Positions 9,740 to 21,482 of a stretch of DNA of 64,000 nucleotides are shown here, in pieces; position 1 is the stretch's first letter; the number at the start of each line of letters is the position of its first letter. The notes beneath the pieces were generated by a model. That model did no database searches and was not told the DNA's origin. It saw only the letters and a list, made by a program, of their open reading frames with translations. A program made the position numbers and the translations under genes. Source of the DNA: Macrostomum lignano (Eukaryota); assembly GCA_002269645.1 (NCBI GenBank), contig NIVC01001873.1:1-64000 (forward strand), read 5' to 3'.

Positions 9740-12700
9740 TTACATCTGCTGCGTAGAGTTGCCATTCCAGGTGGCGTTGTCATCGTCATCATCGCCGGCA
9801 TCGTCCGAGCCCGCATTGCGAGCTCCGCCACTGTTGCTGCTGCGCGGCAGATTCCTCAGCCGGGCCGTGTTGCCCTCGCGTTCAACAGTCGCGCTGCCGC
9901 CGCCGCCCGGCCTTCGCTGCCTGCGGCTTTCCGCTGCTGCTGGTGGCGTCGGACTCGCAGCTGCAGCGCCACCGCCGCCGCCAAAAAGAGCGCCAAGAAA
10001 GCCAAGCAGCAAAGCCAGCAGACGGCTAAGCAGAATAAAAGGAGTTGCAAGGACTGACGCCACGGCACCTCCGCTGCCGCTGGTGCCTCCGCTGCCCCTT
10101 TCGTCAACGGGTGGCAGAACGAGCAGACTGGCTGAGGGAGCCAGGTCCAGCTCGGCCAAAGTGCAGCCAGATTCAGACTGACGGTTGAACACGCGCCGCG
10201 GATACACAGTGGCTAGGCGAAACTGCTGACCACGCAAGGAGCTGCTGGCAACCTCGGCAGCAGCGGAAACTGAGTCAAGCAGTTCGGCAAGGGTGGCGCT
10301 GGAAGGCAGCTCGCGCACGAACACTCTGCCATCGGGACAGCGCAGCTGCAGCCGAGCAGTTCGACGCCGCTCCAAATCGGCGGCGGCGGCCGCTTCGCGT
10401 TCGGCAGCCTCTGCCGCGGCCTCCGCAGCCTGGCGAGCGGCCTCAGCGGCTTGGCGCTGCTCGCGATAGGCGGCGCTCTGCGATTCGCGAAAGTCTCGCA
10501 GCGTGGCGTCCTGCTGACTGGACTGTTGCTCCTCCGGCTGCTGCGGCTGCTCCTGTGGCGGCTTTCTAGTTTTCTGCTGCTGCTCTTTGTACCGAGCCAT
10601 GCGTTCCTGAAATAAGCCAAGGCTTTATTATCTAGTCTTTGTGTCATTGCGTGTGCCATGATGCACCAATTTTAGCTGTGGCATTCTGAATGTTATGGAA
10701 CACTAACTTCTTTTCAACCTGGATGTATTTAAGGCTCAGTATTGCCTCAATCATTTTTTATTTGAAGTATTAATTTTTTTATAACTATTGGGATTTCAAT
10801 ACTTCAATCAATTGACCAATTCGAGTAATTTCGAGGATATTTTATTTAATTTTGAGCTTTTTTGACTGATGCCAACTGGCATCCTGGTTTGTCGAATTGG
10901 CATCCTGAATTCGGATCCAGAATGCCAAATGGCACTGTGGGTCTGACGCTTGAAAAGTTCAAGTTTGGTACACTAGTAACATGGGGGAGGCAATTTATTC
11001 TGCTAAAATATCTATTTAATTATTCCCTGCATCATCCTGCTCGGCCCTTGAATTTCTTTTTTGCAATTGCTGAACTTGGCTACTAATAGTAGCCATGCTA
11101 GTTCGAGGCCACAGTTTCTGCGCAAGTTTCGGCGTTTAACTAATATATAAAGGGTCTATTTAAGGTTTATATCAGGGGTCGGAAAACTCCGGCCCGAGGA
11201 CCACACGCAGCCTTCGAACCCTTCGACACTTCACAACAGCAATTTGGCACGCTTCTCTTCTCAGAGTAGTGTCCTTTTTCAGCTCTTTTCTCTCCTCCCT
11301 TCTCTTTTCTCCTCTCTCTCCTTTCTCTCGCCACTCCCTTCTCTTTTCTCTATTCCCTCTCCTCTCTCCCCTCCTCTGACCCGCACTTGTGTGCGAGATT
11401 TTCTATCTGGTCCGAAGTTTGTCGATCCTTAGTCTATATACAGTACAGGGTCCATACTATATAAAAGTGTCTATTCGGCGTCTATATAAAAGAGGACACA
11501 AAAACAGAATACATATGGTTTTTGTTAATTCAACAAGAACGCAAATATGTTGGTGAAAGTTTATTCCCTTCGTTTTTGAGAGATTTTTGCCTCAGTAAAT
11601 AAAAGTGACACCTGTAGCATTTAGCCGCTCACCTGTCTGACCTCCTCGGCCCAGGCTCGCTCCTGTTCTGCCTGCTGCTGCTGCCTCAACTGGTTCAAGC
11701 TGCGGCCAACGCTGCGCCTCTCCAGCTCTGATTGCCGCTCGCGTTCCTTCGCCTCCTGTGTTTTCTCCGTCTGGCGGGCATCGATTTTTTGCTCCATTTG
11801 CGCGACGCGAGTTTCCCAGTTGGCCGCGGCTGAGTCTGAGGCCTCGCCGACAGCTGCACCGGATGCGACTGTGCCAGCCGCGGCTGAAAGCCTTTCAACA
11901 ATGTCCTCTTCTGAGCGATCACCAATAAGAGCCTCTAGTGAAATGCCGTCGGCGCCGATTAGATAGATGGTGGGCAGACTAACTACCGGGTAGAAGGCGG
12001 AGAACTGAAGGGCTGTGTCAGACTGTGCAGCCAGACGCATGCCTGCCATGTTTGATCACAATTCCTTTGCAGACTCAGAGAAAACTCAGAAATACTGTGC
12101 ACAACGTGATAAAGAGAAAATAGATGCAAGAAGTAAAAACAGCTTTGCAGAACAGACTTACACACAAATTTGCTAGAAATCTCGGCCAGCTTTCCACCAG
12201 AAGAAAAGAAGCTGTCATACTTCTTTGATGTATCATCATCACCTGTTTTAGAGAAATTTGATATCATATAAAATGCAATTTTAAAATAATCTTAAAAGTA
12301 AGATTCTTTATTATTAAAATACCAAATACAACTAGCCAAAAAGCACAGTTACAAAGCAAATGTTTAATTCAATTGAATTATTTAAAATGTTTTAATTGCT
12401 CATTTTCAAATTTTTGACTAATTGCTTAATGCTAAATATATTATTGTTAATATAAGAAAAGTAATAAAATCTTTAAATTCACACTAGCCTAGTGCCTCTA
12501 TAATCTGTTAGATAGTTGGCTACTGAGCACTAATGGTAGGTTTAAGCTCCTTTATATACATTGCTTAGTAGTTAGTAGCTTTCCATTGTATTCAATGTTG
12601 TCAATCAATAAAACTAAATTAGTCAATGTGCTTTCAAAGGGTGCAGTGGTTGCAAATGAGAAAGTGATTGTGCATAGTGGACACTTTCTAGAAATGTTTC

Positions 12701-13770
12701 TTTGTGTGTGCAAGTGTCATTTTGTTTTACCAAAGTAAAACTGGCTCTGTTTAACAGTGTACAAAAACTTACAAATTACACCAGATAATAATGGCTTAGG
12801 AGTAGTAAATTGACCAAATTTCATAGTAGAAAATCTTATATTCATAAATCTTTAAATTTGTTTTAATTTATTAAAGCAATTAGCACAAATATCAATGCTT
12901 TTAGAAAAAGATATAAAACTGAAAATTTCATACCCAATAGATATTCTAGAGATGAGACAAAGACAATATGTTTTTTAAACTGATTTGATTTAATTTGAAT
13001 ACATAATAAAACCAATGCAAATATCAACTACCAACTGGGTTTATTTTTTGTATACAGAGTGTGCATATGCACCCTACATTTTAAAATTGCACCCTGAAAT
13101 TGAAAAGTGGATGCAGTTTAGGTGTGGTCTAATAACCTATTTTTCCATTGAAGCATTGTCTTTAAATAAGAAATAAGAGAAATTGCACTCTGAGCCTAAA
13201 AATTATATCTTAAAAGTGAGCATAAGGTGCAATTTTGCACCTTGTTTCTGTCAAAAAGAAAACCTTGACTACCAAATATCAATCTTACCTTTTCAAGTTT
13301 ATAGAAATCAGCACTTCCAAATCAATTTTCTATAAACTTGATTCTCAATGCCCTACGTTTTTAAGCCTTTAATCTAAGCAAATCATGCTTACAATATAAC
13401 TACTTAAGTACTTTGCTTTTTCTCAAATTATCAAGAAATGCTATATACTGTCCTTTCCTTAATTTTGTCTTCTTGACTATTTAATCTCAATCCTCAATTT
13501 TTCTAAAGCCTCAAATCTTAAAATGCTTATAATGTGTTTAATTATTATATTTCCTTATTGAGTGTCGTATATAGGCCATCTTTGAATTTGAAACAAACTA
13601 AATATGCCTTATTTAGGTCTAGCAACAAGTATTTATTTGGCCATTAAGAAATTAAGAAAAAAACAAAATATTTATTACTTACCATAAACATAAACAAGAA
13701 GGCATGTCTTTGATTCTTTTACTTTCTTAATTGCATCATCAACAGATCCCTCAAAAAAACAGAATCCCAT
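9740..13770 (-). CDS. UBXN4: UBX domain-containing protein 4 (erasin), 4 exons, 481 aa
   Basis: Exons 13770-13683 (MGFCFFEGSVDDAIKKVKESKTCLLVYVYG), 12242-12162, 12042-11633, 10606-9740. All GT-AG and phase-consistent, 1446 nt. Thioredoxin-like N-terminus (LQFSAFYPVVSLP), coiled coil, UBX (RLQLRCPDG...TVYPRRVF...LDLAPSASLLV), hydrophobic hairpin and diagnostic C-terminus NATWNGNSTQQM. Confidence 0.92.
10857..10975. repeat. Dispersed repeat (possible hAT remnant), inverted homolog of 23146-23255
   Basis: ATCCTGGTTT...GGCATC...CCAG.ATGCC...GGCACTG.GG.TCTGACG is shared with the reverse complement of 23146-23255. Confidence 0.55.
11173..11431. mobile_element. hAT (Charlie-type) MITE in UBXN4 intron 3
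   Basis: Degenerate TIRs CAGGGGTCGGAAAACTCCGGCCC / rc TAAGGATCGACAAACTTCGGACC. 8-bp TSD GTTTATAT (11165-11172) / GTCTATAT (11432-11439). Confidence 0.7.
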
Positions 13771-14683
13771 GTTGCCTTGGGCAATAGCTATTGCAATAGA
13801 TAGGCCTGCCTATCTATTTTGATAATTAGGGGGCCTAGTTAAATAAAAAAAGAAAATAGGCCTACTAGGCACTAGATTCTAGAACCAAACCAATTAGTTT
13901 TGTTCAACTGATTCCTCTTTTAGGTCTACTATACTATTCGTTTTTAGTCTAATTATCAGTTGGGCTAAATGGTACTAGGCCTAATAAGTTAACCAGATTA
14001 CTCAATCAATAACAAATCACAAATTGACAATATAATACTAATTACTAAACTTGGCCTATGATGAAAATATCACCCGTTAGAAGTCTAGCAACCTAGCTTT
14101 ATTCAACTTAAAGGTCTAGGCAATTAAAAAAAGATTGGAATCAAGATTCAAGTCACTTAGGCCTAATAAGACAGCAATCACAGGCAGGCCTAGTTCATTT
14201 AGATTAGGCCTAACTCTGGTCGGGTTTAATTTCACTAGTGTGTCGGGTTAAGGGACCTAGGCCTAAACACACACTCTGTGCATCAGTAAATATGCTGGAT
14301 TAATGAGCAATACAAGCTATAGCTATTCCTTTCATTTAGCATAGGATTTATGAACGGACATAATGTGGTAGGCCGGTCTACCACTGGGGTTCCGGCAACA
14401 GTTGGCGACCGCGCAATGCCTCCATCCGTTGGTATGACGTTTGACGTCACGAGCTGCTCCCCCGGTTGACTGAGCGTTTTCCCTTCGTTGATCCCACCTT
14501 TGGTCCATTAGTTGTCCCTTCCTTTGGCTCCGCCTTCGTTTTACTGCGTTTCTCCCGGGTTTTGTCCCCTTTTCCCACTGGTGTTCCCCCCGGTGTTCCC
14601 CCTGGTGTTCACCCGTTGATCTATGTAATTTTTGCTGTATAAAATCCTTGCGTGTAGCAGTCATTTTTTCAAAAAAGCTTCTT

Positions 14684-14720
14684 AATCATCATCATCATCA
14701 TCATCATTATTATTATTATT
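14684..14720. repeat. (ATC)n(ATT)n microsatellite
   Basis: Direct reading of sequence. Confidence 0.85.
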
Positions 14721-16343
14721 CTACCCACCCACCTTTACTCGGTCGACTGTCTCGTCTCAACTTCTCGTTTGGTATTTTCTACGACAATTAGTTTGCTTTA
14801 TTACTTTGAACTATTAATAGTGTTCGTCTCGAGCGCAAAGTTACTACTACCCCTAATAACATCAAATAATCGTGCCGTAGCTGTTTAATCTATTTGTGAG
14901 AACTAGTAATAATAACGATAAGCTACCAATAATAACAATTTATTCATCCAGTTGATTTTAATCGAAGCTTTAGTCTATATTGAGTCATTTGCCCGCGGGG
15001 CGTAAAATAACCGATCAGTCTCAACTCAAAGAAAGCTCTGAGACCCTCAACGTTCCGTAAAACGACATTTACGGTGGTGGCAGCGCTACTTTACTACTGG
15101 CAGTAACAAAACTAGCATCTTCGACGAATTACGATTTTTACGGTGTCTGAGGACCGAATTTGAACGACCCAGGCCGCTACAAGACCGCTCGACTACGATT
15201 ACGACTACCCTCCCCCCGGAATTGAGGACCCGGCAGACGGAGTATCCAAGGAAAAGAATCGGTGCATTAATTCGAGAAATTTTCCGGCTTTACAAGTGCC
15301 GAGACAACGCAGGCGGCAATTCAAACATTAGAAACCGCCCACTCTTCTCCTTCTCCACCCCACCTCAATAATAACTTAACAACTTTCCTAGAAAAGTTTG
15401 CCCACTCATTTTTTGTCGATTTTTAGAAAAGATTAACAAAGTTCATAGTATTTTTGACCATGCTAATTTGTAAATAATTTTAGTTGATGCAATTTTCATT
15501 AAATTTACATTATACAATATACACAGACTTAATTTGCTTGTAAGTATGGCGTTACTGAAGACTACAATAAAATATCTTGTCTTTTGTCTTGAAAAGTTTC
15601 CATAATTTTTCACGTGTCGAAGGGCCAAGCAACCATCGGGATATATTTTCTCTTCGCTCTTCAAATAAGACGATCAACTTCAAAGCTATTAACTCTTTTA
15701 ATGGTACAAATTGAAGTTTTTATTAGCCTTATAGTTCATAAATTTAAGGTTGCAACTTCATTAACAGGGACAAACCAAAGTAAAGATGTATGTCATGAAA
15801 GGCTTTGAAAATCTGAGCTTAAAAACTTATAACCTGAAGACAATTCGCTGCCGCAGCCATCAAAACGAAAAATATAAGAAAGAAGGTCATTTAACTATGA
15901 ACAGAGCCAATATGATTTTTAGGATCCCCCTTTAAATATTTATTTCAACTTTTAACATTAGCATAACTATCTTTTTATTTTACACGGCAGCATGTAGAAC
16001 GAAGAAAGTGTATTTTAAATCTTATTTTAAATTTTATTTCGGATGACTATATTTTTTATCACTGAAAAAAGGCCATATTAGGACTATCAGCTAGGTGATT
16101 TTTAATTCTTTAGCTATAACTCAATGTCACTAAAGGATAAAATGGTTATATAAATATAACTTTTAAAGTTCAAAATTACCAGTCTATGTTTGAGTGATAT
16201 GAGCATTACTCAAACATAGACTGTCATTAAAACTGAAATTTTGAAGACTTTTATAAGCAAAATTTTTGACTACAGAAAGAAATGAAAATAAAAATTTAAC
16301 CCAATTAAACAAGGAATATTGTTCAAATTATTATATCATTGTC

Positions 16344-16670
16344 CAGGGGCGTCGCCATGGATTTTATGGTAGGGGGACATTGGACAAAGCCAAGAATTCA
16401 ACATGTAAATGTACATGACTAAACTCCTACATTTTGAAAATCGTGTTGTCAGCCCTCATTTTTGCGCCGCAGGTAATTCGTTTTAGCGCCGCAGCCACTC
16501 ATTTTGGCGCCGATGGCGCTATATTTTGGCGCCCTGAAGAAAAATTATTGATTACCACAACAACTCACAAGGTGTGGGGTGGGGAGACAAAGCATTGGCA
16601 TGTCCTCCCCATAGCTTTTACTGGGGGGGGGCATGTTCTCCCTCCCCCCCCCCGGTGGCGACGGGCCTTG
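16344..16670. mobile_element. hAT-like MITE
   Basis: Termini CAGGGGCGTCGCCA ... TGGCGACGGGCCTTG; degenerate 8-bp flanks TCATTGTC / TCTTTGAT. Confidence 0.5.
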
Positions 16671-17204
16671 TCTTTGATTGGCTCCGTTTAGCTTTTATAA
16701 ACTGTTTGTATGCCCAGCCACTATTTCAGGGTTACAATTAGTTATTGTCAAAGACAAACCTATTGAAAAACCTACTATCTGTGAGTCATAGCAATACTAT
16801 TTAGTATATAGGATTTGATTAATTTTCCAAAGTTAATTAGGAAAAACACCTGACCAAAAAAGTAAAATAGCAGGGATCATTAGTTTTTGCTGCATTTAGC
16901 TTTTTGTAATTGATACTTATCATGAAGCAGTCAGACTAATTAAATTCTGTTTAAAACAAAATAATTTTCATCAAACATAATTTTTAAAAACGTTTTTTTT
17001 TCGATATAGCAGCAATTTTATTGACCTGCATTAATATTTTTGTGTGCCTTCTTTCTGTGGAAAATTTCCAGATGGTTTCAATCAACTAATGATTTTTGTT
17101 CCTACACGATAGTTGCAGAAAACGAGCTGTACTGACTGAAGAACAGCCAAATGAACCCGTCACTCCATGGTGCTAAATAAACTGCATTCAATTCTAAACA
17201 AGCC

Positions 17205-17817
17205 ATGAATGCCATTCTTAAAGAATTCAAAGTACTTGGAAAGAAGGGCGAAGGCACTTTTTCAGAAGTTTTAAAGTGCCAGCGGAACAAAGACCAGAAG
17301 TATTACGCCTGTAAGAAGATGAAGCACTCGTACAGCAGCTGGGAGCAGGTGAATGCCCTGAGGGAGATCCAGGCCATGCGCCGGCTCAGCCCCCACCCGT
17401 TCATCGTCCAGCTGGAGGAGATAGTGTACGACAAGCGGTCAGGCAGCTTGGTGCTGGTGCTGGAACTGATGGAAATGAACCTGTACGAGTTCATTCGCGG
17501 CCGCAGGCACTATTTGCCTGAAGCTAAGGTTCAGGCTTTAATGTGGCAAATGATGAGAGGCATTGACCATATGCACAAACTGGGCATCTTTCACAGGTAA
17601 GGCTCAGAATATATTTTAAAACATTTGCCATTGTTTTTTAGTTTTACTCGATCTTAAAATTACTTCCTCGCTTCAAACGATCAAATTGAATGCAAAATAA
17701 AGCTCTATAGGTTGTATAAAGGTCTTGGAAATTAAATTGTCTCCGTGCAGTGGTTTTGAACACTCGCAAGTGGCAAGAGCTACATGAATGAAGGTAGTAT
17801 GAAGACATACCGTAGAT

Positions 17818-17855
<38 letters not shown>

Positions 17856-19198
17856 TATATAGATAGATAGATAGAACTATATACGCTCATAAGATTGCTA
17901 GCTAGAATACAAAAACAGTTTAGGTGAATACTTAGGTCCGAATGAGCTCGTAAATGCCTTCAATAAGTGTCAGAACCCTTTCAACAATTCATTGCAGGGA
18001 CGTTAAGCCGGAAAACTTGTTAATTCGCGATGATCGGCTTAAGTTGGCCGACTTTGGCTCCTGTCGGTCGGTGAAATCCCACCCGCCTTTCACTGAGTAC
18101 ATCAGCACAAGGTGGTACCGGGCACCGGAGTGTCTGCTGACGGACGGCTTCTACGGCGCCGCAATGGACATCTGGAGTGCCGGCTGCGTAATCTACGAGG
18201 TGACGTCACTGCGCCCGCTATTTCCCGGATCTAATGAGGTCGATCAGATCGCCAAAATACACGAAATTCTGGGAACGCCAATGTCCGACGTTCTGCTGAA
18301 GTTCAAGGGCAAGTCACGGCACATTTCCTACAACTTCGCAGTGAAGCGGGGCACTGGGCTAGACAGCCTCCTCAGCAATGCGAGCCCCCAGTGCGCCGAG
18401 GTGGTGAAGAAGATGCTGGAGTATGATCCAGACTCCAGGCCCTCAGCACGAAGTCTTCTCAAGCTACCCTATTTCAGGGACTTTCGGCCAAAAGGCGAGC
18501 TGGCAGCTGCCATTCAGCAGTTCCAGCAGGAACAGAAGCAAAAGCGAGCAACGGCTGGTAGCGGAGCCGCTGTCGCCACTGCACCAGTTGCAAGCTCCGC
18601 CCAGGCAGAGGCCGCCGCTGCAGCTGTGTCCACAGCATCCACCAGTGTTGGCCCGTCACCTGCAGCTGCTGGGCAGAAGGTAACTATGGCAACCAGCAGC
18701 CTAGCTCCAGCGCCGGATGCAGGCAAGGGGAAACTTACGCCCGTCCTGGATGCGCCAGCTGGGGCGGCAGGTCCCGCAGCCGTCGGGGCCGCCGGCAGCG
18801 TGCTTGGCAACAAGTTCAACGCGAAGGAGTTGCAGCAGCAGCGGCTGCGCCGGCGCCGGATGGGGCAGCTCTATGGCCAAAACCAGCAGTCGCGACTGGC
18901 AGGCGGCGGAGGCGCAGGGCTCAGCTTCCCCAGCCTGGTGCAGCCTCATCGCCACGGGGCGCTGGCGGCATCGAGCAACCACCCCATGGCAGCCGGCGCG
19001 GCTGTGCGACACGCCGCTCTGCTGGGCGGAAGCAGCGTCGTGGCGGACGCGGGCACAGCGCTGGGCTTTGCTAATCAGTCTCTGAGCAAGCAGCAACAGT
19101 TCTACGGCTCAAAGCAGCAGCAGAGTACGCACAAGATGTTCCTGCCAAAGGGCCAGCTGCCCAGCATCAAGAACAATAGGAACAATAAGTTTAGTTAA
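17205..19198 (+). CDS. MOK: MAPK/MAK/MRK-overlapping kinase (RAGE-1), 2 exons, 530 aa
   Basis: Exons 17205-17596 and 17998-19198 (AG|GTAAGG...TTGCAG|G; 1593 nt). GEGTFSEV, LREIQAMRRLSPHP, HRDVKPEN, DFGSCRS, TEYISTRWYRAPECLLTDGFY are MOK hallmarks. Confidence 0.95.
17817..17874. repeat. (GATA)n microsatellite in MOK intron
   Basis: Direct reading of sequence. Confidence 0.95.
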
Positions 19199-21015
19199 TG
19201 CTTCCGATTATTTTGTAACATTCTGTTCCTCACAGTTAATATTGTTTTTCATATTTATGTTATGCTATTGAGCCGAATATAAGACACGAACTTCTTTCAC
19301 AAACAGCTTGCTATCAGTTTTGAAAATTCATCTTTAGTGCAAGCAAGGACTACTTAAGGACGATACTTAAGCCGTCCCTGAGTGTGCAAAATGGTGGGTG
19401 GGGGTCCTTGGAGTTGGGGATGCGATTGTCAATTCTCCGCCTGTCCATTTACAGGCAGTTTTTAATCATGCAATAAAAACAGAGTTACTTTGCTAACCTA
19501 GAGAACTGTAGAAAGTGAACATTTGAAATAGTGCACAAAATTCCTACCAGTAAACACTGTCCCGTACAATAGACTGCCAAATCCACAATGAGCAGAAAAC
19601 TCATGTGAAAGGTTGCATCGTGTTGTCCACAGTTTTTCACTTTTCAAATTTCTCCACTTTCTAAAGATGTGGGCTTCAGCTTGGAAGACGTACAAGTTGT
19701 CTGCTCTCCACCCGATGTCATCTTCAGTGGAATGGCTCGCAAAACAGCCTCCCTCACACTGAAATATCTTGAGCGCTTCTTCGACGGTAATAAGAAGTTC
19801 GTAAGACGTTCGTTTATTTCGCATTCGCAGTTGATGCCAGCATGTAAGACAATTATATCGCTATTCGGCTTAAATCTCTGCAGTGCTTCAATCTTTTAAA
19901 GTATGTTTACTGCCTTCTCCATAGGTTGGATTCGACAGAAAAGTTTTGCAAGCAATTAGTAAAATTATTAGTAATAGGCTTTATTTTTATTTTCTCTTTT
20001 GTTCCTGGGTTTTTACCTCCTTTTGCTCCACAGAAGTTGCTTTATACTGCATGTACCTGCTCCAAGTACTATAGCCTTTTTGTCTTCCAGAAGCAAAGTT
20101 GCGACCGTATTTTGCCTGAGTGGTTCGGGCAGCGAGTGACTATCGTTTTTGCCCAAAGACTGGCAGCTGCACAAAACAATATTACGAAATCTGTCACCCT
20201 TCACAGAATTTTCAGGAGAGCACCAAAGCACTTATGACACTGTCAATCAACATAGAGGCTTTTAATCCGTCTTATACCTAATGCTTCCACTGCTTTCATC
20301 TACTTGTTGCAGACGTTTGTATAAAAAATGTTTTGAAAAGTACCGTGATTATTATTTTTGTACTGACAGAAATTCCCTCCTAATTTTTATCAAGGACTTC
20401 ATACGTACTTTTCCCTATTTTTACAGCCCTAGAAATGTGCTGGCAACTTTAATTGGCGAGCATGCAATTATCGACCACAGCATTAATAGTGGCAGGCACG
20501 GCTCATTGACAACTCTATGCGATGCTTTCATCACCCGCAACTGTAACCGCTCTGATGTACATCGACAGTGCCACTTTGGTTTGATCTTGCAACAACACAG
20601 TTTACTTAACAAAATATATCAAGTTTTGAAAGAAATTAAAGTATATATATCAATTATTAATTGTTGCTTCAACTATGATGCGTATTTAAACTTCAAAAAA
20701 TATTTCACAGAATCACAAGCACCGGTCAGGCATTTTTAGTGGTAGCTTTCGAGCCTTTGACAAATTTTTCCTCACTAAAGAATGAGGGGAGACGCGGATC
20801 TTCATGTGATAATGCTTTGACTGTTGACAATTCTCCGAAAGAACTTTACACATCACGAACAGGACTTATGGACTTAGTTCTATCAAACCTAGCACTCGCT
20901 ACTATAAGTGGTATAGTTAAAACATCTTCTAATAAATGTTTTCAATGATTTTATGCTACTACAATATCAATCAAATGCACAATGAAGCATCCAAATTCTG
21001 ACTTTTTTGCTGTCC

Positions 21016-21482
21016 GGAAACCCAGTTTCCACTGCAGAGTATTCAGTGGGTTTCCACTAAACATTCCGCAGTGCATCAGCTGTGGAAACCCAGTTTCCAT
21101 GCAGAGTATTCGGTGGGTTTCCACTAAACATTCCGCAGTGCATCAGCTGTGGAAACCCAGTTTCCATGGCAGAGTATTCGGTGGGTTTCCACTAAACATT
21201 CCGCAGTGCATCAGCTGTGGAAACCCAGTTTCCATGGCAGAGTATTCGGTGGGTTTCCACTAAACATCCCGCAGTGCATCAGCTGTGGAAACCCAGTTTC
21301 CATGGCAGAGTATTCGGTGGGTTTCCACTAAACATCCCGCAGTGCATCAGCTGTGGAAACCCAGTTTCCATGGCAGAGTACTGGGTTTCCACTAAACATC
21401 CCGCAGTGCATCAGCTGTGGAAACGTTTCCATGGCAGAGTATTCGGTGGGTTTCCACTAAACATCCCGCAGTGTATCAGCTG
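21016..21482. repeat. 68-bp tandem repeat, about 7 copies, internally palindromic
   Basis: Unit GGAAACCCAGTTTCCATGGCAGAGTATTCGGTGGGTTTCCACTAAACAT(T/C)CCGCAGTGCATCAGCTGT. Confidence 0.95.

Noticed and set aside
9559-10659. Alternative-frame and antisense ORFs over GC-rich exons (also at 18.4-19.1, 24.2-24.8, 38.4-39.3 and 41.8-42.2 kb)
   Set aside because: Shadow ORFs expected from GC-rich codon usage of the real genes.
11253-11375. E/R/K-rich minus-strand reading as the missing UBXN4 coiled-coil exon
   Set aside because: It is a CT-rich tract inside a hAT MITE, contains in-frame stops and lacks convincing splice sites.
14332-14664. THAP-like CAVANC motif in a 110-aa minus-strand ORF
   Set aside because: Only the first Cys pair is visible; no downstream Pro/Trp/Cys/His/AVP signature, so insufficient evidence.
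19498-20950. Medium ORFs possibly from a Helitron or other decayed transposase
   Set aside because: Only a vague, stop-interrupted resemblance; no motif I can defend without an HMM search.
21016-21482. CRISPR-like palindromic repeats
   Set aside because: Inter-palindrome sequence is identical between units (no unique spacers), there are no cas genes, and the context is eukaryotic.
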